A DNA stretch of 64,000 bases from Callorhinchus milii (GCF_018977255.1 NW_024704742.1:97466001-97530000), one strand, 5' to 3'. Shown: positions 1 to 13,964, numbered from the stretch's first letter. Numbers and translations are program-made. The notes: generated by a model not told the origin, from the letters alone.

Positions 1-69
1 ACAGATATGATCAAAAGTAAGAAAGCAGTAGCTTTGGTATTTTATTTTTGATGCACGAACTGCAGAAAA

Positions 70-230
70 AGAGAACACCGATTTAAATTTGCAAAGCACA
101 ATTTTAGGTTGGACACCAATAAGTATTTCTTTACCCACAGGGTGAATAACAATTGGAACAGGTTACCAGGAAGGGTGGTTGAGGCCAGAGGCTGGACCCA
201 TTGAAAAAAGGGTGTGGGCTGTAATTTGAG
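70..230 (+). mobile_element. CR1 LINE 3' fragment
   Basis: Encodes FFTHRVNNNWNRLP, similar to the CR1 ORF2 C-terminus. Confidence 0.6.
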
Positions 231-1844
231 GATGATAAGATTAGTTTTCTGAAAGGATTATTCAAATATACATAAGGACCTTCTTCATCCAAACATCTTT
301 GGGGCTCTTGCTTTCAAAGCAAATCTTTTCAATTGATCTAGAATTGATCTAGGTTTAGCTGCATCAACTTGTCTGTTCCTTCATAATTATGGAAATTTGA
401 CTCAAGCAGAGTTTGGTGAGAATTCCCTCTTGTGGTTAAATTCGTGACTTTGACCAATGGTGTCGAAAAACAAAAATTCACAATCTACGGTCGTAAACAT
501 CAATATAGAATTCCAACTAGTGATACCTGCCAATAATCAGATATGAGATACTCAGACATGCAGGAACTCCACTCCAATTGAAAGAAAGATGCTTTTGAAA
601 ATCCAAGTCACAAATACTGCATTTTAAGCACTCAACTTCAAAGTTAATAAATGGTAATAAGGGACATTTACCCCCTTCGTTCAGTCAGAATATCTACTCA
701 GCCATACCTCTCCAGTGTAATCCAAAAATGGACTGAGGTATTCCCTGGATGGTTTAAAACAATATCAGATGATTTTCTTTGCAAACTTCCGCAAAACGCT
801 ACAGTATTCCTATTATAAGAATTTGTAGAATATTGATGCTCTTGCATTTCTTAGCATAGTTTATCATCTCAGAGGCAAGTATTCCAAAATATAAGATCCT
901 TGATACCACAATAAATATAGTGCCCTTCGCAAAGGATAACATCTTGGAGCGCTTCACAAAGATGGAGTGGGACACCGAGCAAGGAAAGAAGTGGGAGGAG
1001 GAGATGGCAAAAGGGAGGTAACTTTAGGCACAATCAAAGGGGTAAGTTTTTAGTTAGAATTTAAAGACTGATAGAGAGAAGGCCTGAGTTGGAAGGATAC
1101 ATCAAGGGAGTTCCAGAGGATGGTATAGTTGCTGAATGCTGCGCGATTAAGTTGAAATTCCTTTATTTTCACAATACATTGAAGTGCATCACGGCTTTCC
1201 GTTCTTCAAACTGCATGGAATTTTCATTCCTGTGACAAATGGACTGCGGACTTCATCTCTGTATGACAAGGACCTCTCATCAATGTGTGGTAGAGATGTC
1301 TTCCTTGATCAGCTAGCAAATCAGCTATTTTTTACTTTATGCTAAAATGAGATACCACAATTGCAAAAAGGCTTTTCTTTGAAGTAAGAGCCTTACGTTG
1401 ATTTTTAACTAAGCTCAGCATATGCTGCCACAAACATATTTACTGGCACAATGAATCAGCAGACTGGATATATCAACTAATTCCTTTACGTTCTTTACAC
1501 ATCAATGATAACTCTTCTCAATTCAGACAATAGATATTGAATACTACAAAATGCAAAGTGTGAATAAAGTTAGTAAAGTTCAAACAATGCTTTAATCCAC
1601 ACAGCAAAGGCATTCCCCTTTCAATCAAGCCCTTTCATAAGACTTTCTGACTCATCACAATCCTACCTTGGAGTGTGTGTTTAGAGTGAACTCAAGTCAG
1701 TCTCTGGTGGAAGCCGTACAGGCTGATGTTTCGGATTAAACCTTCCTCAGACCTTGCAGTTTTGCATCTCATCACTTCATTAGAAATGGTTCTAGTTATT
1801 ACAAATTAGGATAATAATAATAAAGGATAGCGGATAATAATAAT

Positions 1845-2140
1845 TGATAATAATAATCATCCTTTAATTTGATACTGCTCCTGTTATGTTGGGCATCTCA
1901 AAGTGCTTCACAGGATTCACAGCAAAGTGTGGTGTATTTTGTTGGTAAATGTGGCAGTAAATTTGTACAAGTCAATGTCCCCCTAATTTCATCCAGAGGA
2001 TTACTGGCCAGACCATCAGAGGAAGTTCCCACATTTAACATATCCTCCGAAGGACAGCACCTCCAACAACACACAGCACTCCCTAAGCAGTGCTTTGGAA
2101 TTCAGCCTAGATTCTGAGTTTGCGTGGGGCTTTAACCCTT
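1845..2140 (-). mobile_element. Old Deu-type SINE
   Basis: (AAT)n tail, tttaacatatcctccgaaggacagcacctcc motif and degenerate tRNA-like head; similar to the copy at 48085. Confidence 0.6.
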
Positions 2141-3411
2141 GATACCAATGTTTCATCTGAAAGATGGCCTACCTCTCTGATATTGTAATACAACAATGAT
2201 GTATCAATTTAGACTGTAAGCTCAGTTCACAAAATACTCCATTTCATTTATCTACTGGGTATAGTGTATTTTGCCCACAAAATATATAGTCAATTCACTT
2301 TACAGTATATTCTGTGAAGCGCTTTAAGACATTTCAAAGACGTGATAAGGCGCTATATCAAATGCAAGGATTATTATTATTTTATAAGAACATCAAGGTG
2401 GTTGGCACATCACAAGCGGTCATGTAAAAGTCCGTCCACCACGCTTAAGGCAGATGCCTGCCAGATAGTTGATGGTTGAGGAAACTGAGGCTTGGGGTGA
2501 CAGCTGCTAGAAGGTGTTACCTGTAGACTGAGTTCATGAGCACACGCTTGTATGTTCAGCGCCTGGATTCCACCTTGATTGGCCTGCAGTGAGGCCAGTA
2601 GCTGCTGCTTAAACTCCACACCTCTGACTAGTGAAACCATTGCTCAATGGGAAGGGCTGTGTGTCTTAGCTGCGGACAGAAAGACCTTGGCAATTTCCAT
2701 TCCAATAATCTACCTCTGTAATTTTGATGTGAAGGTGGAATGTATGGAATTCTCAGCTTGTTTGGATACTCTTAAGCATCGTGATGGGTTTCCTTATGTG
2801 TCAGACACCTGGCTTACCAAAAATACTTTTAAAAATCCCCCATCCTAGCTCTGATCTGCTGGCTCTCCTTCCCCCTGTGGATTGAATTCAAGATCCTAAC
2901 CCTGTGTTCAAATACCTCCACAGCCTTGTTGCTCACTACCTCTGTGATCTCCTGTGACTGTACACCTCTTGCCTGTTTCATGTCACCCCATCACAAGTGC
3001 GCAAAGTTTCAGCTACTCTGCCTCTACTCTGGAACTCCATCAAATATTCCCTTTGTTTTTTTCCCTCCTTTAAGTGCACTGTAACACTAACTCGAGTGAA
3101 GGGCACTCTATAAATGCAAGTTGTTGTTGTAAATGTAAATTGGAATTATAAAGCTGAAAAGCTTTCACCTGGTCTACACATCTTGCACAGTGCTGGAAGT
3201 TTTGACTGTTCTACACAACCTTGTGTGCTTTGTTTAAGGACAATTATTGAAGAGACTTTGCTGTATTCAATGTTTCTGAGTGGGCCTGTTTACTCAGAGC
3301 TTCCAGTATGACTGTGACACATGTTGTAACACAACCTCTGTTCTAAATGGGGGAAACAAGTCATTTGCCTTCCTTCCTCATTTTAAGCAAACTATTTCAT
3401 TGCATTTACGA

Positions 3412-3510
3412 AATACAAAATACTGCAGATGCTGAAAATCTGAAACAAAAACAGAAGTCGCTGGGAACACTCAGGCAACATCTATGGAGAAAGGAAAGTG
3501 AGTGAGCATT
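3412..3510 (+). repeat. Fragment of an abundant elasmobranch-type dispersed repeat
   Basis: aaatactgcagatgctgaaaatctgaaacaaaaacag motif, recognised from memory; class uncertain. Confidence 0.5.
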
Positions 3511-4829
3511 TCAGAACTGGGCATGTTGGGTGGGGAGAGGCTTTTTAAGGGCTAACAGAGCGGGATGGTCAGGGTAAGGAATACAAAGGAGAAGATGGGG
3601 TAGAGGACAGAAACGTTCAGTTCTGTCAATGTACTACTCTATAATAAGCCCCTTGAAAGTACAAAGATGAGGGGGAGATGAACCTGATCATCTCTGAACT
3701 AACCCTAACCCATTGCTGAGAGATAGAAGAAAATCTGAAATTTGACAGTAATAATTTAGATTTTTGTTACTGAATTCAAAATCAGGTTAAAAATAGTAGC
3801 ACCATTCTGCATTTTTATGTTTTTCACTACTTTGCACATAATGTATTATCCAGTGTATCACTTCCAACAAGTGAATACCATACCACTGGATTATCAGCCA
3901 ATGGTTGCCAGCTTTGTTTCTGTTGGGAAATATGGACTAAATAAATTTGCCTCAAAAGATCTGTGTTAAGAGAGATGCAGTAATACATTTTATAAGCTTT
4001 CTTTGCTCTACTTAACCACTTGATTCATTTTGATGCAACTCGAGTCTTGTTAAGACTTGTTAACTTTAATGTAAGTAATGCACCTTATCGTTGCGATCCC
4101 CCTTAAAATGAGACAAAGTGAATGCGATCAAAGGGTTTATGCTGCTCCCAGATTCTATTATCTGCTGGATATAGATATTATTAAATTATTGGCGACTCCC
4201 TCCGTTCCACAAATTCTGCTGTTTTGCATTCGCCTGCCTCTTCTTCACCACTTTGCACCCTCTCTCTGGAAATCTCCATAAATCTATCCACTTCACCTCT
4301 TCCCTCTCAGCTTTAAAATCATACCCAAAGGACTCCTCTTTGACTTATGCTTTCAGTCACTTCCACTCCCCTAAGTTCCCACCCAGCTCAGGTTCCAGTT
4401 CAGTCTTTGTAAAGAACTTTGGGATGTTCTCCCAATGTGAATAGTGCTATATAAATGTAAATTGTTGTAATGTAACATCCTTTTGTTACATTTCAGAAGA
4501 GTGCATTGCTATTAAACATGATAGGGTTGCACAATTGCTCCTCTTGAAAATTGTAACTTTACTGCAACCTTCCTGCTAGACAAAGTGCTTTGTAATGCAA
4601 ACTCTGTTTTCTGCAGGAAAAACTTTATCATCCCTTACAGCTCTGTATATCATCCCGATTTGTGAGGTCTTAGCTCCAATTCAAGAATGCATTAAAGCCA
4701 GGGTGGGATAAAGGAGTTTTCTTGCAAACAAATTCTAATAATCTTTTCATTTCATAAAAGTGCCTTATTGTATTGAAACGTTTCAAACCAGTTCATAGTA
4801 GTTATTGTTAAGTGTAGTGATTGTAATTG

Positions 4830-5120
4830 TAGGCAAATTCAGCAGCCAATTTGCGCACAGCAATAACCCACAAACAACCAGAATGTGAGTCACCAATTTA
4901 ACTGGAGAACTGTTGGCCAGGACACAGGAGACATTCCCTTCTCTTTCCAAATGGAGCCATGTAAACAATAAGATCCAAACAGAATAGCAGACAGGGCCTT
5001 GGTTTGACATCTCATCCAAACAACAGCACTTCTTACAATGCAACACAAGGTTATCAATCATGAAGTTTCCCAACATGGAATTTGAACCGACAGCCTTCTA
5101 ACATAGAGGCAAGAATGCTT
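4830..5120 (-). mobile_element. Deu-type SINE (degenerate)
   Basis: gcagccaatttgcgcacagc and ttggccaggacac motifs shared with other copies. Confidence 0.6.
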
Positions 5121-5989
5121 TCCTGACGTTGCTGCTTTTCATACTCCATTTGGAATTTTTATCCAGACTTATTAATAACTCGTGATTATTCATTAAATGT
5201 CAGCTTTAATTTATATTTGTAATGTAATACTAATGTTGGGTGACCACTGGATAGTGGACTTTGAAATATTGGATCAATAATAAATGTTTCAACCATGACA
5301 CACTTTGAGCTTGAATGAACAATCCGTTTGTTTTACGTAAACCTCTGATCTAAAGTCTAGTCTACAGTTTACACTATAGACTCGTACAAATGTTTGGGAG
5401 GACGCACCTTGATGGTCTCGCAGGCCACTACCAGGCCACATGTTGGCTACCACTGATCTGTGGTTTTCCACAGGCCATTTGTTTGCACATCTCCTGTTAC
5501 CTAAACCATTGTTTTTTTCTCTGTGGGGCATTAAATTATATGTAAGTTAAAAATTGACACTCAGCCATGAGCATGAAAACTAATTGAGTACAAAGTGTCA
5601 TTTAATAATCTTCAATCTTACCTAGGAGTTCAGCCTCTGTAGTTTGTATCTCCCATTGTTGTTTGGGTTCCTGAACTTCTTTTAATATTGAGGATATATT
5701 GATTTAGAAGGCAGTTTTTTGGGGGGATAAAGGTCCTTTATGCAGTTCAAAAGTTTTGTGAAAATGATATGTGCACTTGGATCTCTAATATCTTTACAGG
5801 ACCTAGGAGCCATGTTTCAGTGCAGATATATCTTGGTGCTCTATCAGCTTTGATTGACATATTTTGTATTTTTATACAGAATTGCTGATCCTTTCTGTAT
5901 AACTAGCTTAGATGTGGAACCAGAGTGCTGAAGGTTTATATATACATGATATGAATCAACATATATTACTCTTCCTTGATGGATTACTA

Positions 5990-6752
5990 CAACAAAATGA
6001 CATGTGTATAGCGCCTTTCACGTCGGGAGGACGTCCCAAAGTGCTGGATAGTGTTTCAGACCTGAGCTGGGGGTTGAGATCAGGGAGGGTGGGGAACAGG
6101 GGCAGAAGCAGGGTGATTGAAAGCATGGTCGAAAAGGAGGATCTTGAGATGGGTCTTGAAGGAGGCAAGGGAGAGGGCGAGGCGGAGGGACTGCGGGATG
6201 GAGTTTCAGAGGATGGGGCAGAGTGGCTGAAGGCCCACCCGCCAATGGTGGGGTGGGTGAGGCAGGGGACATGAAGCAGGCCGGAGCCCACTGAGCGGAG
6301 GGAGCGGGCAGGTTGGTAGGGGTTAGGAGGTCGCAGAAGTGGGGGTAGCAAGGCCATGGTGGGCTTTGAAGGTGAAGAGCAGGATCATGAACTGTATGTT
6401 CTGAGTGATGGGAAGTCAGTGGAATCAAGCGAGGATGGGGGTGATAGTGTCATGGAGTTTGGTGCGGCAGAGGACATGAGCTGTAGTGTTCTAGATGATC
6501 CGCAGCCTATCGAGGGAGGAGTTGGGGAGACCGACAAACGGGATTTGCATAGTCAAGCCTGGATACTATGAAAGCGTGTATGAGGGTTTCGGCGTCCTGC
6601 AGTGTGAGACAGTGGCGAAGCCAGGCAATGTTGTGGAGGTGGGGGAAGGCAGAGCAGGTGGGGTAGAAAGGATGACTAAGGGTCAAACAAGACACTGAGG
6701 TTCTGGACTGGCTTAGTAAGTTGGAGTGTGCATCCATGGATGGTGATGTTGT
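5990..6752 (-). mobile_element. L2 LINE, 5'-truncated
   Basis: Minus strand encodes AETLIHAFIVSRLDYAN; the 3' end tagcgcctttcacgtcgggaggacgtccc is shared with other copies. Confidence 0.9.
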
Positions 6753-6968
6753 CAAACGTGTAACCTGTCTAACCAGGTTGCACGTTTGCATGTTTGAACC
6801 TGTCTAACACGTTTGAATCTCGCTTTATTCTGTCAGCTGACCTCAGTTAGGCTATCAGTTGAATTTAGAATTGTTCTCAGTGCCCATAGGTTCGATAAGG
6901 GAAAAGCAATCTGGGTTTCCACTCCAAAATGAAAAGCTGACACTAAATTGAACTTATTCATCATAATA

Positions 6969-7249
6969 CAGTCGAACCTCATTATAAGACAACTCCTTAT
7001 AAAGGAGTCTATGGACCAGTAGTTGGCTTCAGTAGGTGGACCAATTGACTTCCTCTTCGCAGGTCAGCTTCTTGCATATTAAAAAGTGACTGATTTCCAG
7101 ATCTTCAGGTCGCTCTTGACATCATTTCCTGATAGACTTGAAAACAGCCACTTTTGTGGTGTGAGAAGTCATCCATCTTTCTGCACACAATCGCTGTGAA
7201 TGGTAGGATTTAGTGACCTCCAACAGCCTCTTATAACAAGGTTCTACTA
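6969..7249. mobile_element. Tc1/mariner-pogo (Tigger-like) MITE
   Basis: Imperfect TIRs cagtcgaacctcattataag / cttataacaaggttctacta flanked by TA on both sides. Confidence 0.7.
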
Positions 7250-10200
7250 TAATTCGATTTGATTCTAAATGACAATATTGTGCATGATTGTATCAAAAAT
7301 GCAAGAAACATAATACAGCATGCTGGGCTTTTTAATTTGGTGGAAAATATATGGTGTCGGATCATGTTTATCTTCTTATTGGCACAGATTCATTTCCCTC
7401 TGCTTGAACTCACAATAATGCTGTACTTCAGTAGAGACATTTGTAGTTATGCTTATTCCAGTCCCTGAAAATGTGACAAATGTGCAGCTTTCTGCTGATC
7501 TAAATAAATTAGCATCGAGTACGTCAAGAGAAAATTGTACTCCGTTAGGCAATTTTGCAGGACATTGAAATGGATATAAGAGTCAGCTTGTACGTTGATT
7601 GGACTGCTTGGAATACAGTAGTTGGTTCTGTGTGCTGCAGTTGTGCCCATGCAAATTAGCAGGAATATTTGCACAGTTCTCCTTGCCCATCTATCAGTGT
7701 TACATACAAGGTAATTCTTTGTTGTGATTCACAAACTAGGCTTGAAAGATGTTATAATAATAAATCCTTGCATTTGATATGGCGCTTTTCACATCTTCTA
7801 GACGTCTCAAAGCGGGAGTCTTACAGTATAAACCCCTGAAGCAGTTAACAGCCCTTAATAAATTCATCCAATTCATTGTAACAGTCAGTGCTGCTGTGCT
7901 TTCTAGTTGGAGGGCCAACTGGGAGCAGGTGATCATCCTTATTTAATGTGTCATCAGTCACGTGTTCAGCAGTGTAAAATGGTGGAAGATCTGTGTTCAT
8001 AATGAACTGCTGCACATAGAGATGCTGAGGCTAAACAAAGCATACCATCCTTGATCATATTAGCAAAAATACTGCCCAAGTCTTTAAAAGGTAAGGCGGT
8101 TTTGACAAAGCTTGTTGTGTGAATGTTTTTTTGTATAAGCTGAAATTTGAATAAACAAATCTGGAGGCATCCACACTCATCTCTCACTGATTTCCAGGCA
8201 GGACGGGATACAGCACTTGGTGTTTATTCCTGGCTGATGGAACTGGATCTGCTATTAAATATTTATTTTATTTTTAAATATAGCAATGTTTAACAATTGA
8301 AATCTATCAACCACCCTCCTCCTCCCACAATCAGCCATTGCATACACAAACACATGCACAATCCACACTCGCACATGCACACAATCTTACCCCAGCAAAC
8401 AAATGCCTTGATAATATTATTTGCCAGTGATGCTTTCCTAAGATACTTGTGACTTGCCTTGTTTATAATTTGACGTGCTGGACTGCAATGGTTCAACATG
8501 GTAACTCTCAGCAGTTCAACGAGAGGAAATTGTAATATTAGAATGCTTAACAAACTATTCTTGCAGTATCTGACATGTTATTGATGCTATGAAAGCAGGG
8601 GAGAGAGAGAGATTCTAATCCGTATGGATGACATTTTAAAGTCAAGTCTACTTGAATATATTTAATGTAAAACAAGAGATTAGTTGCACTAAATAGGCAA
8701 TGTTTTCTTGTCAGGTGATTTATTGTCATCAAACTATTCGAGCGAAATGTGTCAGATCAGTTCATGTGAACATGGCAGTAGAAACAAGTTCTCAGTTGGT
8801 GCTCACAGCTGGTCGAGCACCAGCTGCAAATCTCTTATTGTGGTCCTTTGTCTAAGGCTGAAGCCTGTATCTTTCTCTTACTCATTTAATGCTCATAGTC
8901 GATTGGCCAATGGGAATATACTCATTGCTTCCGGGAAAGATAGGAGGGGGTAAAGGAGAGAGAGAGAGAGAGAAACAAAAGTATGTCTGCTTTGGTGACA
9001 TGAGTTGTTTGTTTTTGTTTCCTGTGATCTGAATCACAGTATCACTCCTTGAAAGGCTGGCTTATTGATCAAAAGGAACAGGTAATTTAAAACATAATGA
9101 CTTTGATTTAACCTTAGTTAACTGTGTATGTGGAGGTTGCCATGGGAAGTGAGTCTTACATTACAGTTTAAGGGACTTGTGGCACAGCTCTGTTTTATCA
9201 AGTTATAAAATGAAGCCATTACAAGATTAGTCCGTGAAGTAGTTTGTTTTGCAACTGTGGTTAACACTTTCCTATATGAACAGCACCTTTTGATAATTGT
9301 ATATTGTTTCCAGACCAGTTCAGATGACCCTCTGCCCTGGGAGATCACTATATTTGTCCAATTCATTGTTTTTGTATTGTTCAATTTAATTATTCTTCAG
9401 AATAATTCTTCAGAATAAATTTCTTCTGAGTATGCAGCTTGTTACCTTTCTGCTATCTGATAAACTATCTAAAAAGAAAAAAGATTTTCCCTTGGAGTCC
9501 TGCGCAACAATCCTCCAGATAAATTGGTTATTCACCTCATTGCTTGTTGTTTGTGGGATCTTGTTGTTACAAATGGGTGCCATGTTTGCCTGCAAAATCA
9601 CTTACGATGCTTTACTGTAAGGGCTTATTGAGATGCTTTATGTCATTAAGGTGTTCAAAAAATATTTATTTTCTTTCTGTGTCAAGATACAATTATTCCA
9701 GATATCTTAATTCTCCTTTCTGTGCCTTCCCCTCCTCCTTTCCTAAAATCTTTTCCCTTCACGTAGTCGCCATAAGTGGACTTTTCAACCACAAAAGTTA
9801 TACCAGATGAGCCCAGTCTTGTTATCACCCAACATCTATGTACAAAATCGGGAGTGGGGGAAGTATAGACCCAGAGGTGCTGTAGCCATTTGTAGCCCCC
9901 GTTCCAAAAGGTCAGCTAATTCAGCACAGAATGCAGTTTGAGCCTGCAAGCTTCTGGGTATGTATGGTTCAATGCTTAATGGTAACTTTACCTGTTCAAT
10001 GGTTCAACGGTAACTTTACCTGTTACACCACCAGGAGAGCTGTTATTGTAGTTTTTGAACTTTATTGTTAAATGTGAGCATGATACACAGAACCTATAAA
10101 AGTTCCAGCAACCATAAAACCAGCATCAACGTGGCAAGTGCTGTTGTAACAGTGTATAGTGCCCTGGGCTGGTGTGGGATACAGGTTTGATTTCCCCTCT

Positions 10201-11479
10201 TCCAAATCCCCTAACTCCTGAAAGCATACAAGTAGGAAGTGAGGAGAGATTTAAGAAAGAGTTCTTTCCGTCTTGTTTTAGAGCTCAGCACTTTAGGAAT
10301 CCTCCCAATGTGAAAGACACTATAGAAATGTAATTTGTTTTTTTATGCCTAGCATGGTTTCCTTCTACACCCTAGTCATTGTGTGCCCCTGGGAGACGAA
10401 GGAACACTGGAGAGATTTATATCCACTAAAAAAATACAAAATGCATGGCTGCCTGATAGCCTCTATCAGAAGCTTTGTTATAGGTGTGCCTTATTGCTTC
10501 TTTGATATGTAACGTAGGTGAAGTCGGTTTTAAAGACACTGGAGAAAGTTGTCTTCCAAATTAGTTCTGAATTCCAGTCTTAATTTAAGACAATGTCAGT
10601 GGTCATAATCCTAAGAACATGAGAAATTTCAGTTGTCCCAAATTCGTTCTCAAATTGTACCATGATATGATCAACCCATTCCGTCAGTACTACGAACAGT
10701 TCAGGTTCCTGAGACATAAGGAGCTGTCCAGCACTTAAAAACAGTGAAGAGGAGAGCAATGGGATTGATCCCAAGGGTTAGAGGAATGAGCTATTAAGAA
10801 TGACTAGATAAATAGGGATCTTCACCCACGAAAATAGATGTCTCAGAGGGAACGTAAGAGGTATATAAACTGCTTAATAGGATAGAGAAATTAACGCTGG
10901 AACAATGGTTTCAAATCTTAGTAGAATTCATCTTCAAACCATCTTAGATGTATCCGAACTAGAGGCTTAAGATTATTGTCCCTTGTGCAAGCCTGGCTTT
11001 GCATTTATCTGGTGCACTTGAGAAGAAAATTGGCTCCCAAATGCTCTTGTTGTGATCAGCTTTGAATATTACCTTTTAATGGCAAATTCAATGCACTGTA
11101 CTGTTAAATGTGGAATACCATGATTTTAATTTAACAAACTGAGCTGTAAGTTTAAATGACCTATATACGTTCTGCTCAAAAGGGAAATTATTAGCATAAT
11201 TAACATTTCTCCATCAAAGAAGGATATGATTTTAGAGCCTTGTTACATGCAGTTGATCAGACGACACAAAAACTAGAAATCATCTATAAAGACTGCATTT
11301 TAAGAAATTTGACTAAGTATATTTGCACATAATAATAATAATCCTTGCATTTTTCCAGAGCCTTTTCACATTGTATTTTCACATTTCAAAGCTCTTCACT
11401 GGATAAATAAATAAAATAAATCTTTACTTTTGGTATAGTTTCTTTCATGTCGGCAGGATATCTCAAAGCACTTCACAAG

Positions 11480-11745
11480 ATATACTGTAAAGTGTAGTGA
11501 CGTATGTTTTATGGATAAATGCTGCAACTAAATTGCGCATAGCAATATCCCACAAACAGCTACGAAGTAAGTGACCAATTTTATTTGGGGGATTTGTTGG
11601 CCAGGACACTGGGAGAAACTCCTTCCTTTTCAAATAGTGCCGAGGGATCTATAACGTCCACCTGAACCTACACATGAGGCTGAGGTTTAACGTCTGAAGG
11701 ACAGTAACTCCAATATTGCAGCACATCCCCAATGGAATGTCAGCT
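11480..11745 (-). mobile_element. Deu-type SINE
   Basis: ttggccaggacactgggagaaactcc...caaatagtgccgagggatct motif. Confidence 0.7.
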
Positions 11746-11839
11746 ACTAATCCAGTCTGATACATATGCAGGCAGGCGACATGGATATACAAATGAGCTT
11801 TCTCAATAATTTCATTGTTGGTATGTTTATGTTTTGCAG

Positions 11840-11919
11840 ATCAAAACCAGAGGATGTCGGAATGGACATTCCCTTTGATGAGGGAGTGCTAAGTCCCTTA
11901 GCTGAAGACAGCAGACCTG
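11840..11919 (+). CDS. PRUNE2: PRUNE2-like coding exon (SKPEDVGMDIPFDEGVLSPLAEDSRP)
   Basis: ttttgcAG|a...cctg|GTagga; 80 nt, phase 2 to 1. The peptide resembles PRUNE2 EDVGMDIPFEEGVLSP (recalled). Internal ATG at 11862 in a GGAATGG context. Confidence 0.88.
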
Positions 11920-13189
11920 GTAGGAAGAATATTCTTAATTTATACCACAAGTAACTTAAATTATTCACTGGGGATTAGTGTTGCATTGATTCTGACTCAT
12001 CGTTTTGCTGGGTTGAAAGTGTGAATTAGAAATGAAACGCATTAACAAGCTAGCACAGAAGTGATCCCAGCTTAGCTTGAATTGCATCCCTTGTTAGGTA
12101 CATTTTATGTAAGACGTAAAATGTTGTTCTCATTAGCTGGTGAGGTAGTCTGCATCTGTGACTCTGTATTTTTTATCATAGGCTTAAGGAAAACATGAAG
12201 TGATGGGGGGTACGGGAGAGAGTATACACCAATGTTGCATGTAAAGTTATGACCAGTGATAAATATTGCCTCAACCAAAATTGCAGTTAAATGCAATGAG
12301 TGGTTATCACTAACCTCGGGAAAAGGAGAGGGAAAGAAGTGGTGTGCACAAAGAGCAAAACATGCATATACATAATTTGTCATATAAACAATTCTGCTAC
12401 ATTTTACACGTGCCTGCCTAATCAATGACCTTATTGAAACTTATGCATGGATTTGCATTATCGTGCACTGCATATAATTAGACAAGAATGGACTGTATTT
12501 TTAATGTTTTATTAATATTGAGAATCAACAATGAATGCATAAAATTGCATTGTATGTGAAAAAAGATTAAAGCTCCTTGATCACCATGCATGTGAAAGCA
12601 TATCTTGCACTAGGCAATTTGACCTTTAGATGTGTTCTTGTGCCTCCATTGAAATATAGTGGTAGAACAAAATATAATGCAAATCCCCTTGGCTACGCTC
12701 TCTAACTGCACAGATAAAGTAAGCTCAGTTTATGATTCTCATGAATTGTGCTAATGTTCTGCGTTGCCTTGAACGAACAACAAGATATGTCAAAAATATT
12801 GTTGAGCCTTTCATTGCTTTGGGAATTTGGGACATTTAGAGGTCCTCATAGTTCTTTGTTCTGAATCTACTTCTTCCTTGAGTTTTAAACCACATTTATA
12901 ACCTCCCGCACTCTACAATGAGCACTTCTATATCCCTATAAATCTAGAATGGTGATGTCCTTATGAGTGGGGAAGAAGCTATCAAATGCTGTGATGGTAT
13001 TGAGTGACTGAACAATCGAGGGCCTGATTTGATTGGAAGCACTTGATTTGCAGACATTAAGATGTGGCTCTACTGGACCTGAAATTTATTTTGGAGTATA
13101 TTGGAAAATTTCACAGCTTCACTGTTGCTAATCTGTGAAAACTTTAGATATCCCTTATTCTAATACTTGAAGTCCATCTCTCCAGAACC

Positions 13190-13405
13190 AACGGGGAGAC
13201 GAGGAGAAATTTTTTTACCCAGAGAGTTATTACAGTATGGAATGCACCTCCTGAAAGGGTGGTCGAAGCGGATTTGATTGTAGGGAAAGGGAATTAGATA
13301 AGTACTTAAAAAGGAAAAAATTGTAGCGCTGTGTGGTAAGAGCGGGGGAGTGGGACTAGTTGGATAGCTCTTTCAAAGAGCTGGCACAGGCACGATGGGC
13401 TAAAT
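13190..13405 (+). mobile_element. CR1 3' fragment
   Basis: Encodes FFTQRVITVWNAPPE, followed by the agagctggcacaggcacgatgggc 3' UTR. Confidence 0.8.
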
Positions 13406-13620
13406 AGTCTGCCGGTAGCATGTCAGGACTTTACCATATGGCTGACTGCCTTTGGATCACAGTAAAATGTCATCCGTATTTTCATGAGTGTGTGTATTAA
13501 AAAAAAGCAGATTATGCCAATGCAGCCTTAGAAGGAAATCTCGAACAAACCTGATCACAGAAAAAAGGAAAAACCATAGAAATTTACATCTTAGAAAGAA
13601 GCTATTTGGCCTATAACCCT

Positions 13621-13947
13621 ATAATAATAATATAATAATAATCCTTGCATTTGATATAGCGCTTTTCACGTCGGGAGGACGTCCCAAAGCGCTTCACAGA
13701 ACACACTGTAAAGTGAATTGACTGTATATTTGTGGGTGAACACGGCAGCCAATTGCGCACAGCAATGTCCCACAAACAGTCGTAGATTGAAAATGACCAA
13801 TTTATTATTGTTTTTGGTTTTGGAGGATTATTATTAGGCTCTGTGTGGAGTAAGGAAACTTGCCCAAGGTTTCGCCCTCTGCCTGGAATTGAACTCGGGT
13901 CTCTCGCTTGCAAAGCGAGTGCTCTAACCACTGAGCTACAGGACTCC
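13621..13947 (-). mobile_element. tRNA-Ala-derived SINE, full length
   Basis: A box tagctcagtgg, B box gttcaattcc, anticodon arm ctcgc-tttgcaa-gcgag, L2-like 3' end and (ATT)n tail. Confidence 0.88.
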
Positions 13948-13964
13948 ACAATGAGAGCAAGTGG

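Noticed and set aside
9964..10025. Short tandem duplication ggtaactttacctgtt
   Set aside because: Ordinary slippage duplication with no array or CRISPR structure.
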